Origin: a virus
Taxonomy: Duplodnaviria > Caudoviricetes
IMG/VR virus record: IMGVR_UViG_2913820460_000006
Span: 1-64,000 of that record
Strand: one strand, 5' to 3'
DNA: 64,000 nt
Position numbers and translations under genes: made by a program. The notes under the pieces are model-generated. The model was not told the origin of the DNA, ran no database searches, and was given only the letters and a program-made list of their open reading frames with translations. Positions 51,917 to 60,552 of the stretch are shown in pieces (the first letter of the stretch is position 1; each line of letters opens with the position of its first letter).

Positions 51917-52234
51917 TTAATCCTCCATATTAGGTAGTAAATCTTCGATGTATGCCCAACGGATAATTTCTGCTTTTTTGTAAAAGTTATCCCAATTCAT
52001 CGAATCAGGGATTACGTTAAATCTACCATTTTTGCATTGAGCAAGATAATTTCTTTTCCTTTCCGGACATTCTTTTGCATCATGCCACACGCTATTGATG
52101 CGCCAGTTTGCACCCCATTCCGCAGCTTTAGTGTGTTCAATAAATCTATCCACAAACCCCGGATTGTTCGGGTCTGCTGCAAACTCATTTGCATAAAGAT
52201 GTTCCTTTATTGCCTCCTTGATGTTTTTTTTCAT
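51917..52234 (-). CDS. Hypothetical protein, DUF551-like
   Basis: VWHDAKECP...YLA...IIRWAYIEDLLP. Confidence 0.6.
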   Translation of the reverse strand: MKKNIKEAIKEHLYANEFAADPNNPGFVDRFIEHTKAAEWGANWRINSVWHDAKECPERKRNYLAQCKNGRFNVIPDSMNWDNFYKKAEIIRWAYIEDLLPNMED

Positions 52235-52698
52235 TCTTCAACTCCTTTCGGTTTGTTTATCGGTTTCCAATGGGTTATCTTGTAGTCCTTGTAGTTGCAG
52301 GTTATTTGGTCTAAATAATCTTCCGTCCACCCGTATTTATTGTAATAAGCTGTCAAGTAATCTACTTTCCATTTGTTACTACAGCATAGATATTCTACCC
52401 TTAAAATGCAATATGTTCCAATTGGTGGCACGTCTTCCGTGTCCTCTTTGCATTCGTGCCATTCTTCATGCTCATTCCAACGCCTTGCGATCTCTTCACA
52501 AAGAATATTTGAGCTTTCCACATCACCCAAGTGGATTTCTGCTATTTGGTAATTCATACCGTCCTTTATACAAAGTTCCGCATCCAATTCATCCGCACCA
52601 AATAAGCGTTTGCCTCGTGCTGGTAGGCAAATAAGTTTCAATGTATCAGTATCTAATTCGCCTTTGGCGTATGCCCAATTCAGTTTTATTTTTGTCAT
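52231..52698 (-). CDS. Hypothetical protein, DUF551-like C-terminus
   Basis: WHECKE....PP....ITHWKPINKP. Confidence 0.6.
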   Translation of the reverse strand: MTKIKLNWAYAKGELDTDTLKLICLPARGKRLFGADELDAELCIKDGMNYQIAEIHLGDVESSNILCEEIARRWNEHEEWHECKEDTEDVPPIGTYCILRVEYLCCSNKWKVDYLTAYYNKYGWTEDYLDQITCNYKDYKITHWKPINKPKGVEE

Positions 52699-52964
52699 AA
52701 TCCAAAAATATTTTTGTAAAATTCAAAATTTCTGTTTTCTACCTTTGCATCTTCCGGATAATAAGTAGCGCGATGATACCATGCTTGATAGCATTTCGGG
52801 CAAAACCATTGATTTAGCACAGCTATGTAATAGCCTGTAGATGCAGTTTCGTTGCAGTAGTCACAAATTCCTATTGCACCATATTGTCCTAATTCCTCTA
52901 CAAGTTCTTTCCTACTTATTTGGATTACCTTGAATCCTTTTTTATTGTCTTTTATATTTGCCAT
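52695..52964 (-). CDS. Zinc-finger-like hypothetical protein
   Basis: GICDYCN...WFCPKCY. Confidence 0.65.
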   Translation of the reverse strand: MANIKDNKKGFKVIQISRKELVEELGQYGAIGICDYCNETASTGYYIAVLNQWFCPKCYQAWYHRATYYPEDAKVENRNFEFYKNIFGL

Positions 52965-52976
52965 ACCATTCCTTTT

Positions 52977-53849
52977 TTATTCACAAAGCCCATAGTAGCT
53001 CATACAACTTGTTGCCACATCATCGTCGAACAGAGAACCACCTGCACGTTTACTTTGTACATAACGAACAACATCGCTGATTAGAGGATATTCACCCTTA
53101 TAATACTTAGATGAAATTTTATCAGGACCGAAAAAACTGCTGTTGAACTGTTGTTCGAGACCTGCAATGTAGCTTATCCTTTCTGGCTCTTGTACGCTGA
53201 TATTGTAAATGTCTTGTTGTGAAGCCATCACGCAAGGAAAGCAACCAACACGTTTGTAGCCCATTCGGTAGAGAGGATTAGGCTGTATTCCATTTTCAAG
53301 TATATAGTCAATCACTTGTTGTGCCGACCAATCGAATACCGGACGCAATAGGTCATCAGCATATTTCTTTCGAAATGCCAATACATCTTTGCGACGATAG
53401 GTGTGGTACTTGTCCTTACCATTCTTATCCTTACCGTATGGCTGCACATAATACTTGAAGTACGTACATTGCTTGGACATTTCGGCACGCTTGGCACTCT
53501 CGGCAGCACGTATTCCTTGTATAATCAGAACATCATCGTTTACTTCATCGAGTATGTAGTCAATCATCGGAATGGTTTTCAATTCAGATGTGCAGAATCT
53601 CCGTTGCGAGGATGGCCAGCGTGATTTCTTTTTTGTCAAATCTACCATACCGTTAAACTTCTTTGACTTGACGGTAATGAGATTTAAGCCAAGTTGTTCC
53701 TGTACTTCTTCGATATATTTATAGGTCAATGGGTGTTCCCAACCTGTATCACAAAATACTGTAATAAAATCTTTTGTTAGGTTATTACGCACCCAAAGAA
53801 GTGATGCAAGACTATCTTTGCCACCACTGAATGAAACTATTACTTTCAT
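52977..53849 (-). CDS. Phosphoadenosine phosphosulfate (PAPS) reductase-family protein
   Basis: VSFSGGKDS PP-loop, FCDTGWE, RRFCTSELK, GIRAAES..R, PLY..GY.RVGCFPC. Confidence 0.88.
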   Translation of the reverse strand: MKVIVSFSGGKDSLASLLWVRNNLTKDFITVFCDTGWEHPLTYKYIEEVQEQLGLNLITVKSKKFNGMVDLTKKKSRWPSSQRRFCTSELKTIPMIDYILDEVNDDVLIIQGIRAAESAKRAEMSKQCTYFKYYVQPYGKDKNGKDKYHTYRRKDVLAFRKKYADDLLRPVFDWSAQQVIDYILENGIQPNPLYRMGYKRVGCFPCVMASQQDIYNISVQEPERISYIAGLEQQFNSSFFGPDKISSKYYKGEYPLISDVVRYVQSKRAGGSLFDDDVATSCMSYYGLCE

Positions 53850-54283
53850 CCTTTACCTCCTTTCTTCAATTCTGCAATAAGAGCATCAGCACCGCTAATG
53901 CTCCACTGGGCTAACGTTTCGCTACTTGCATCCACACACTGATTATGTGAATTGGCTGAAAATCCTTTCATTATCTCTTTCGCAATCTCGTATCTGCGTT
54001 GTTCCCAGTCTATGGCTTTTTCAAATTCAAGTGCTGTTCCGGGCATTCTTCGACCGTCTTTCGTTATGAATGAACCGCATAAAACCTGCATAGTACCTGA
54101 CGGTTCAACATCTATGACCTCGCCGGTAGCCTTTACTTTAGCTTTAAGTTTTTCAGCAGCTCTCATTTGTCTCGTGTGTTCTGCTACACAAGTTTTACAC
54201 CTGTTAGGATATGATTTGCTGAACTCTGAAATATGCTTTGTTTGCCCGCACTCTGTGCATTTTTTATAAATTGAATTGTCCAT
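53846..54283 (-). CDS. Zinc-finger protein with WEQRRYEIAK motif
   Basis: KKCTECG..K..SEF......CKTC N-terminus. Confidence 0.7.
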   Translation of the reverse strand: MDNSIYKKCTECGQTKHISEFSKSYPNRCKTCVAEHTRQMRAAEKLKAKVKATGEVIDVEPSGTMQVLCGSFITKDGRRMPGTALEFEKAIDWEQRRYEIAKEIMKGFSANSHNQCVDASSETLAQWSISGADALIAELKKGGKG

Positions 54284-54288
54284 GGTTA

Positions 54289-55611
54289 TTATTGATTATA
54301 AGTTTCTTGAATAGCTTGGAATATCTCATACATTACTTGTGGGACAATCGCATTGCCATATGCCTTTATCGATTCCTGCCGCCACTTTGAAAAGGCAATA
54401 CCGTCCAATCTGGTGGAAATCCCATCATCTCGGCTACAAACAGGGGATTGAGTTGGGAAGTTTTTCCACCGTTCTGCGAATGATGCTCTCCTAACATTAC
54501 CGGCAGGTTGCACAGAGCATCCGTCCTCATTTTCCCATTTTTTCTTTTCAATGCTTGTGGGGAAACGGAGGGTTGATAGTCCCTCGCTGCTGGAGTAGGG
54601 AGCATCCCATTCACCGCCATTGCTGTCAAAGCTGTGCCCATTTGACTGTTCGGATTGTATTTCTTGCTGTACTTGTCCGCTTCCCGGGCATTGGGAGTAG
54701 GAAGCAACCGAACCATTCTCGCAAGTCCTACGCTTCCGTTCTGTCCGTTCTGATTGATTCTCCTCGGAGTCCCGTTTCTGGTCGTAACAAATTGGTCGTT
54801 CTTTCCAATTATCGCTCCGGTTGTTGCATCGCTCGCCATCGGAGTGGGAAGAAGCCCGAACGCAGCCCCTGACGAAAGGTTGTTGAGTTTCGTACCCGTT
54901 CTGTCTTTCGTTCTCGCAGCAGCTTTCATGGGGTGTTCCACCACTTCCACGGCACGTGGTGTCGGAAGCAGTCCTACCGGATAGAATGTTGTCTTCCCAT
55001 TTTCGTTGCATACCTTTAACCCCTGCGTCTGCACGGTGGGCAATAAAGAAGACACGGTCTCTTCTGTGCGGCGCTCCGACGGCACAAGCCGGAATAACAA
55101 CCGGTTGGACGAAATATCCTTCACGTTCAAGGTCGTTACACACTGTTTCGACAACGTATTCCTGCCGATGCAATATTCTTTTTCGGTCAACCTCTCCGAA
55201 CAGAGATTCTTCACGTCCCAACGCAGTTTCACTGCCGGGTTGTACCATTGAGAGGATTCCAGCAACGTTTTCACCAACAACCCAATCGGGCTGAATCTCC
55301 CGTATCGCTCGTAGCATTTCCGGCCAGAGGTAGCGGTCATCTTCCGCTCCCTTTCGCTGTCCGGCGCAAGAAAAAGGCTGGCAGGGAAAACCTCCGGTGA
55401 GGACATTGATTTTTCCACGCCACTCTGTAAAATTTGTTTTCGTGATGTCTTCATAACTTTTGCTGTTTGGGAACCAATAATCAAGTATTTTTCTCCCGAA
55501 CGGGTTTATTTCACAATGGAACATATTTTTCCAGCCCATTTCCTCGGCAGCTATTTCCGGACCACCGATGCCGCTGAACAAACTACCATGGGTAAACTTA
55601 TTCTTTTCCAT
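54289..55611 (-). CDS. C5 cytosine DNA methyltransferase, alpha (catalytic) chain with motifs I-VIII and X
   Basis: SLFSGIGG, GGFPCQPFS, GENV, GAPHRRDRVFF, KAYGNAIVP; no motif IX in this frame. Confidence 0.9.
   Translation of the reverse strand: MEKNKFTHGSLFSGIGGPEIAAEEMGWKNMFHCEINPFGRKILDYWFPNSKSYEDITKTNFTEWRGKINVLTGGFPCQPFSCAGQRKGAEDDRYLWPEMLRAIREIQPDWVVGENVAGILSMVQPGSETALGREESLFGEVDRKRILHRQEYVVETVCNDLEREGYFVQPVVIPACAVGAPHRRDRVFFIAHRADAGVKGMQRKWEDNILSGRTASDTTCRGSGGTPHESCCENERQNGYETQQPFVRGCVRASSHSDGERCNNRSDNWKERPICYDQKRDSEENQSERTERKRRTCENGSVASYSQCPGSGQVQQEIQSEQSNGHSFDSNGGEWDAPYSSSEGLSTLRFPTSIEKKKWENEDGCSVQPAGNVRRASFAERWKNFPTQSPVCSRDDGISTRLDGIAFSKWRQESIKAYGNAIVPQVMYEIFQAIQETYNQ
54366..55484 (-). 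CDS. Nested beta chain of the C5 methyltransferase (+1 frame): five LLPTP modules and motif IX; start uncertain (55484, 55454 or 55406)
   Basis: 372 open codons fully inside the alpha gene; ends LNPLFVAEMMGFPPDWT. Confidence 0.8.
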   Translation of the reverse strand: MIIGSQTAKVMKTSRKQILQSGVEKSMSSPEVFPASLFLAPDSERERKMTATSGRKCYERYGRFSPIGLLVKTLLESSQWYNPAVKLRWDVKNLCSERLTEKEYCIGRNTLSKQCVTTLNVKDISSNRLLFRLVPSERRTEETVSSLLPTVQTQGLKVCNENGKTTFYPVGLLPTPRAVEVVEHPMKAAARTKDRTGTKLNNLSSGAAFGLLPTPMASDATTGAIIGKNDQFVTTRNGTPRRINQNGQNGSVGLARMVRLLPTPNAREADKYSKKYNPNSQMGTALTAMAVNGMLPTPAARDYQPSVSPQALKRKNGKMRTDALCNLPVMLGEHHSQNGGKTSQLNPLFVAEMMGFPPDWTVLPFQSGGRNR

Positions 55612-55613
55612 GA

Positions 55614-55799
55614 TTACGGATTTTTTGTTTTTGCTACTTTAGTTGGTTCATAGTACTTGCATTTGTCTGTTCCCGGATTGTATGCTGGCCATACCCATTG
55701 CAAACGTGTATCGGGTGGATCGGGCAAATAGCGTTTACAACTCTTGCGGATTGAGCAGGTAACGCCCGAACAATAACTATAATCTGTATTCATCGTCAT
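55614..55799 (-). CDS. Small Cys-rich hypothetical protein
   Basis: YSYCSGVTCSIRKSCKRY...CKYY. Confidence 0.6.
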   Translation of the reverse strand: MTMNTDYSYCSGVTCSIRKSCKRYLPDPPDTRLQWVWPAYNPGTDKCKYYEPTKVAKTKNP

Positions 55800-55815
55800 A
55801 ATGTTTTTAATTAGT

Positions 55816-56559
55816 TTACTGTTTTCTGAATGACTGCTCATTGCCGAAATTGATGATTAGCATCATTTCACGGAAACGGTCTGCAATTCGTTCGTCGTAA
55901 TATTCTGCAATTTCTTTTGCCGTAAGATTGGATGAGACCAGCGTACAGAACTGCTCTTCATAGCGAAAAGACAGCATATCCATGGCGGCGGTTACGTAAT
56001 CGCCATAATGAATGCTTTCTTTCGGTTCGGAGCCGAGTTCGTCGATTGCGAGTATTTCGATTTGGCGCAGCCTTTTGTAGCGTGCCACATCGGAGGTGTT
56101 GTCGCGTGTGGGATTGTTATACGCTTTAGCCAGCAAGACGAGTTCTTTAGCCGATACCATCATGTAGCCGCGTATCGGATATGCATCCGCATTGCTGTTA
56201 TACCCCTCATCAGAGCGCAAGTAGTTTATAAGGTTTTGCAATGCACGCAGAATGGTGGTTTTCCCATTTCCGGCATCGCCGCAAAGGAACAATCCGAAAG
56301 TGGAGGCTTCCGATGTAATCCAATTGGAAATGTCCCAAAGGTGCTTTTTGTATTGTTCGGTGGCATTAAATTCCCTATGCCTATGAGCAACTTCCACCCG
56401 GCACGCTTCATATAGCATAGCGTAAACTTGCTTGGCGGTATATGGCAATCTAAAACGAGTTACCATATGTTTTCTCTTCATCAGATTTGAGAAGATTACC
56501 TCTGCGTTGATTTCTGCTTTCGGGTCTAACTTTATCATCTTTTCTTTTATTTTTATCAT
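55816..56559 (-). CDS. DnaC/IstB-like AAA+ ATPase (helicase loader)
   Basis: LFLCGDAGNGKTT, LAIDELGSE, TLVSSNL, Y.ERI.DRFREM. Confidence 0.88.
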   Translation of the reverse strand: MIKIKEKMIKLDPKAEINAEVIFSNLMKRKHMVTRFRLPYTAKQVYAMLYEACRVEVAHRHREFNATEQYKKHLWDISNWITSEASTFGLFLCGDAGNGKTTILRALQNLINYLRSDEGYNSNADAYPIRGYMMVSAKELVLLAKAYNNPTRDNTSDVARYKRLRQIEILAIDELGSEPKESIHYGDYVTAAMDMLSFRYEEQFCTLVSSNLTAKEIAEYYDERIADRFREMMLIINFGNEQSFRKQ

Positions 56560-57250
56560 TTACAATTCTCAACCATGCGTTGAAGTGCTGTTTGGCATCC
56601 TGTAAGGAAGAATGCCGGTCTTTCCCGTCTGCCAGGCATTGCACCCGGAAGTCGTCAAGACTGCTGCGCAAAGAGGAAATATTCGTTGCATGAAGCACTT
56701 GTAATTGGTCAAGCCAACACTCGTCTTTTTTCAGTTCGGCAATTTCTTCATCGATAGTCATGGAGTAAGGCTCGTATTGCAGTTCGTTTTGCACTGTTGT
56801 ACTACCTTGTATCGTTTGTGGATTGTCATTCTTTCGTGGCAGTTTTTCAGTTTGTTTGGGCTTTCTTTTCTCGATTAGGTTATAATCCCCAATATAGCAA
56901 ACACGACGGCACTGTACGCATATACGACTATACCTTTCCTGAATACCTTTAGAAGTCAATACTTTTTCAGCGTCAAACAATTCTTTTGAAAACAACCCCA
57001 GTGTCAGGCAGGTTTTGATTACTTCTGATATATATGCCTCCTCAAATCCCGTAAGCTCCGAGCAAATGAAAGGCAACTCTTTATCCCACTTCATATAATA
57101 CCCACTCTTGTAGATATTGCAGAGCAGCAGAGCATATACCGTTATAGCTTTTCCACCTTGATACTTGATTAGTTTTCTTATTTTAAGGTCGTTAAATATA
57201 TCTATATCCAGAGGGAAATAGTCAAGACCTTTTTTAAAAGTTCGTGCCAT
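56450..57250 (-). CDS. DUF4373-family replication initiator-like protein
   Basis: KGLDYFPLDIDIF.D.KIRKLI...G......Y..LLC.IY..GYY and LTSKGIQERY; upstream of the loader ATPase. Confidence 0.8.
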   Translation of the reverse strand: MARTFKKGLDYFPLDIDIFNDLKIRKLIKYQGGKAITVYALLLCNIYKSGYYMKWDKELPFICSELTGFEEAYISEVIKTCLTLGLFSKELFDAEKVLTSKGIQERYSRICVQCRRVCYIGDYNLIEKRKPKQTEKLPRKNDNPQTIQGSTTVQNELQYEPYSMTIDEEIAELKKDECWLDQLQVLHATNISSLRSSLDDFRVQCLADGKDRHSSLQDAKQHFNAWLRIVNDKNKRKDDKVRPESRNQRRGNLLKSDEEKTYGNSF

Positions 57251-57261
57251 ATCTGACTTTT

Positions 57262-57702
57262 TTAAAATTCATTTCTCAAATAATCATCCACTTCACGAAT
57301 GAAATCATCTAGCGAAAAGCACAGAACATATTTGTATTCTCCGTTTTCACATATTATCTTTTGCCATTCTTTTTGTGATGGAGATTGATAGCCGCCTTTC
57401 TTTTTCATTTCAATGAGCAGCGCACCATAATCACGATTGCTTTTCAACAGAATCAAATCGGATACACCGGCTGTTACGCCCTCAGCTTTCAATTTGTCAC
57501 CTGTAACAGTATCACGTCTTCCTCCGTTCGGCACAGCAAACAACCGGCCTTTTAACTTCGGATACTTCAAATTGAACCACTTTACGCAAGAGCATTGTAT
57601 GCGATGTTCCTCATCGTCATATTTTTGCTTCTTTTTTCGTTTCCTTTCCATTTGAAGCATTTCCTCAAGTGTCATTGTCGCTTTGCTTTTCGGGTGTAAC
57701 AA
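57262..57702 (-). CDS. VRR-NUC domain nuclease
   Basis: EHRIQ..CV.WF, FAVPNGG.R, GVSDLIL, LLIEMK, QS.SQKEWQ. Confidence 0.85.
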   Translation of the reverse strand: MLHPKSKATMTLEEMLQMERKRKKKQKYDDEEHRIQCSCVKWFNLKYPKLKGRLFAVPNGGRRDTVTGDKLKAEGVTAGVSDLILLKSNRDYGALLIEMKKKGGYQSPSQKEWQKIICENGEYKYVLCFSLDDFIREVDDYLRNEF

Positions 57703-58282
57703 TGGTGTCTTTTCCGGTCTTGTCTACTACAACTTTTTTCCCACCAACGGTTATCGTTGTCCTGCAACCTTCGGGGAGAGATTGTATGAAATTTCGTACA
57801 ACAGGCGAATTGGCATTTTCACTGATGGTATCCGTAATGGACTCATCTGCGGCATATGGATAGACGTCCATAATGGCAGTTTCCGCTACCGATGCAATTT
57901 GGTAGTCGGCCATTGTGCCTTTCATACCCTCATCCAGTTTATTTACTGCATCACGCAAGTCGGCTGCTTGTACCAGTACGTTGGTAGCCGTCTTTTTTTC
58001 TGCTCCACTTTTTTCATCTGAGGTAATGAAATACAGCTTGCACTTGAACCAGCGGTCGGCACTGTCTTCCTCACAGGGAAAGAGCTCGCTATAGTTGGCA
58101 CGTTTAATGTCGGAAACTGTAAACTCACCGGAAATAAAGGGTGTCATTTCTTCAATGATGCGTGCTTCCGCTTCCGTGAAGCTGAGCGCGTCAACCAGAT
58201 AGGGTTCTGTTACTTTCTTGTTCATTCCGTTATCCATTGTCTTTTCATAACGGATTTTACATTCAAACCACGTGTGCATCAT
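57665..58282 (-). CDS. DUF4494-like protein
   Basis: WFECKIRYEK...KKVTEPYLVDALSFTEAEARI. Confidence 0.75.
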   Translation of the reverse strand: MMHTWFECKIRYEKTMDNGMNKKVTEPYLVDALSFTEAEARIIEEMTPFISGEFTVSDIKRANYSELFPCEEDSADRWFKCKLYFITSDEKSGAEKKTATNVLVQAADLRDAVNKLDEGMKGTMADYQIASVAETAIMDVYPYAADESITDTISENANSPVVRNFIQSLPEGCRTTITVGGKKVVVDKTGKDTIVTPEKQSDNDT

Positions 58283-58554
58283 GAGTTCATTTTTTCTTTG
58301 AGTTGTTTACTGACTACAAGTTTTACTGTTCGTCTTGCCGGAATGATTACCGTTGTTCTCTTGTAGATATTACGGGCTTTCCTTTCTTTTGTGATATAAG
58401 TCTTGATAGTGCCAAAACCACGTATATAGACACTTTCACCTTTACAAAGTGCTTTCTCAATAGCATCAAAAGCACAATCTACGGCTTGAATAGCCTGTGA
58501 GCGACTAATAGTCGTATTGTTGATAACATGTTCAACGATCTCAATTTTTCTCAT
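58279..58554 (-). CDS. HU/IHF-like histone-like DNA-binding protein
   Basis: GESVYIRGFGT......RKARN....IPARRTVK. Confidence 0.85.
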   Translation of the reverse strand: MRKIEIVEHVINNTTISRSQAIQAVDCAFDAIEKALCKGESVYIRGFGTIKTYITKERKARNIYKRTTVIIPARRTVKLVVSKQLKEKMNS

Positions 58555-58642
58555 TGTTTTTATTTTTATTAAAATGATAGATCACTATTGTTTGGTCTAC
58601 AATTCTCAGTTTTGTATTGAGTATTTTCAACTGATTTTTTCA

Positions 58643-58822
58643 TTATGATTCTTGATTTAAATCCGCAGATAGAAGTAGGACGATGGCTGCAATGGCAAAA
58701 CTCATTCCTAAAATGGCATACGTATATGCTTTAGAGGATTTGGATTCTAAAGCAAAATGAAAGTTAACAGCAAAAATGATGATATTCAAAACAATAAATA
58801 TTATATCAAAATAGATTCTCAT
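58643..58822 (-). CDS. Small two-helix membrane protein (below ORF-track cutoff)
   Basis: MRIYFDIIFIVLNIIIFAVNFHFALESKSSKAYTYAILGMSFAIAAIVLLLSADLNQES*, 59 aa. Confidence 0.55.
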   Translation of the reverse strand: MRIYFDIIFIVLNIIIFAVNFHFALESKSSKAYTYAILGMSFAIAAIVLLLSADLNQES

Positions 58823-58873
58823 ATTACTTCTTTATTTACTGGTTACTATTATTTTTCCTCATAATCACAAATG

Positions 58874-59623
58874 CTAATAGGGATTCTTGTTAAATGTTAA
58901 CGAAAGCCCATTTGTAGCGGCTGTTATTTCTATCTCTGGATATAATCTTTCTATTCCATGGATAAACTCCGTAGCATTGCTGTTATTGTCGGACAGATGC
59001 AGGAGTAGAATGTTGCATACTTGAGACAGGTCATTGGCTTGCAATGTGAGGAGACAGTTATCATAGGACATGTGCGACTTAATGGTGCGTTCGTAGCGTT
59101 TCTTGTCAATGCGCCCGGCAGTGAAATTTGCATCAAGAATTTCCTTGCTATAATTGCACTCCAACATTACATTGTTAAGACCGGGAAATTTGTATTTTAG
59201 GAAATAGGTGTCTGTGGCAAACAGCACTGTTCCGCACTCTTCATGACGGATGAGGTATCCGTAAGGTTCCGCAGCATCATGTTGTACAGGGAACGGTATC
59301 ACTCTAAATCCATTTATCACAACTTGTTCGAATGGCAACAGCCCTTTTGCCCAATAGCTGGAAGAGAAACCAAGCGCATGTTTTGTGCCTTGACTCATAT
59401 AGCAAGGTATGCAGGCGTTTATAAAATCGCCCACACATTTGGCATGGTCGCCATGCTCATGGCTGACGATACAACCAACAATGCTGTTTAGATTGAAGTC
59501 AAGAACTTTTTTTACTTTGTTGAACTTAACTCCGGCTTCCACTGCAAGTACCTCACCAGTCTTTTCAGACTGGAAGAGGTAACAGTTGCCTGATGATGAA
59601 GAACCTAACACATGAAGTTTCAT
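58874..59623 (-). CDS. Metallo-beta-lactamase-fold hydrolase (probable nuclease)
   Basis: LGSSSSGNCY, VSHEHGDH, HDAAEP, FATDT, ECNY, HMS, LLHLS. Confidence 0.88.
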   Translation of the reverse strand: MKLHVLGSSSSGNCYLFQSEKTGEVLAVEAGVKFNKVKKVLDFNLNSIVGCIVSHEHGDHAKCVGDFINACIPCYMSQGTKHALGFSSSYWAKGLLPFEQVVINGFRVIPFPVQHDAAEPYGYLIRHEECGTVLFATDTYFLKYKFPGLNNVMLECNYSKEILDANFTAGRIDKKRYERTIKSHMSYDNCLLTLQANDLSQVCNILLLHLSDNNSNATEFIHGIERLYPEIEITAATNGLSLTFNKNPY

Positions 59624-59634
59624 TTCAAATAGGA

Positions 59635-60525
59635 TTAATAGCCCGGTCCATCATCCTCGGTTGAGGCTTGGTTTTCGGTACTTGTTTCACCTTGGGGCTC
59701 TTTAATTTCTCCTGTTTCAGGGTCAACACCTGCCGGAACTTCGTTGGAAACCGGAGCTACTGCATCATCAAAACTGATAGTGCCTTTGTTGGCTTGCGTG
59801 GAAATTTCTTTCGCAACCTGTTCTGTAACATCGACATAATCGGCGTCCTCTACATTTTCTTCAACGGTACGCATACCCATTGACAGTTCCGGTGAGTATG
59901 TAGAGCACCAGAACGAGGCGGCACGGTAACGTAACATCTGTTCGGGCATAGTACGCCACTTGCTGCCGTTTTTGCTATACCAACCCTCATCAATCGCCAT
60001 TTGTATGGTAACGGCTGTACCACGTAAGGCAAGTGGTGATTTTGATGTAACCGGTTTTCCGTTCTCATCATGCGTAACACCTTTAGGAGTAGTCCATGCC
60101 ACACACTTGACATTTGCCACACCGTTATTGCAAACTCCATTTGATGTCAATTCAAACTTCAGTGGTTCAAAGCGTCCACAAGTATTGATAGTGGCAATTA
60201 GGAACTTGGACGACCAAGATGGGCGACCATATACAATGTACAAGTTCTGCATTACCATAAGAGGGGATGCGCCAATGCGTGTGGCCACATCGAATGCGAT
60301 TACGCAGTTGGCTACTGCTTCGGCTTCAGAGACCGTTTTTTTAGGTCCTTCTCCGGTCTTACCGCCAACAACACCGCCAATGCGGTAACTTTCGGGTACA
60401 AGACTGGAATTGGCAAACATGGTGGAGAAACGGTTGAGCGTTTCAATGGTTGTCGGGTCAAAGAAGTTGATGCCAACAGGAACGTTACTTTGATGTGTAA
60501 CCGGTGTGATTTGTCTTTCGTTCAT
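59635..60525 (-). CDS. RecT/Redbeta-like single-strand annealing protein
   Basis: SPLMVMQNLYIVYGRPSWSSKF, SKWRTMPEQMLRYRAA; lies between the ATPase and the nuclease. Confidence 0.75.
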   Translation of the reverse strand: MNERQITPVTHQSNVPVGINFFDPTTIETLNRFSTMFANSSLVPESYRIGGVVGGKTGEGPKKTVSEAEAVANCVIAFDVATRIGASPLMVMQNLYIVYGRPSWSSKFLIATINTCGRFEPLKFELTSNGVCNNGVANVKCVAWTTPKGVTHDENGKPVTSKSPLALRGTAVTIQMAIDEGWYSKNGSKWRTMPEQMLRYRAASFWCSTYSPELSMGMRTVEENVEDADYVDVTEQVAKEISTQANKGTISFDDAVAPVSNEVPAGVDPETGEIKEPQGETSTENQASTEDDGPGY

Positions 60526-60552
60526 AATTCTAATAATTAAAGATTTAACTAT

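Noticed and set aside
54289-55611. Methyltransferase as a frameshifted pseudogene
   Set aside because: Both frames are uninterrupted, motif X returns in the alpha frame, and the layout matches a known two-chain architecture.
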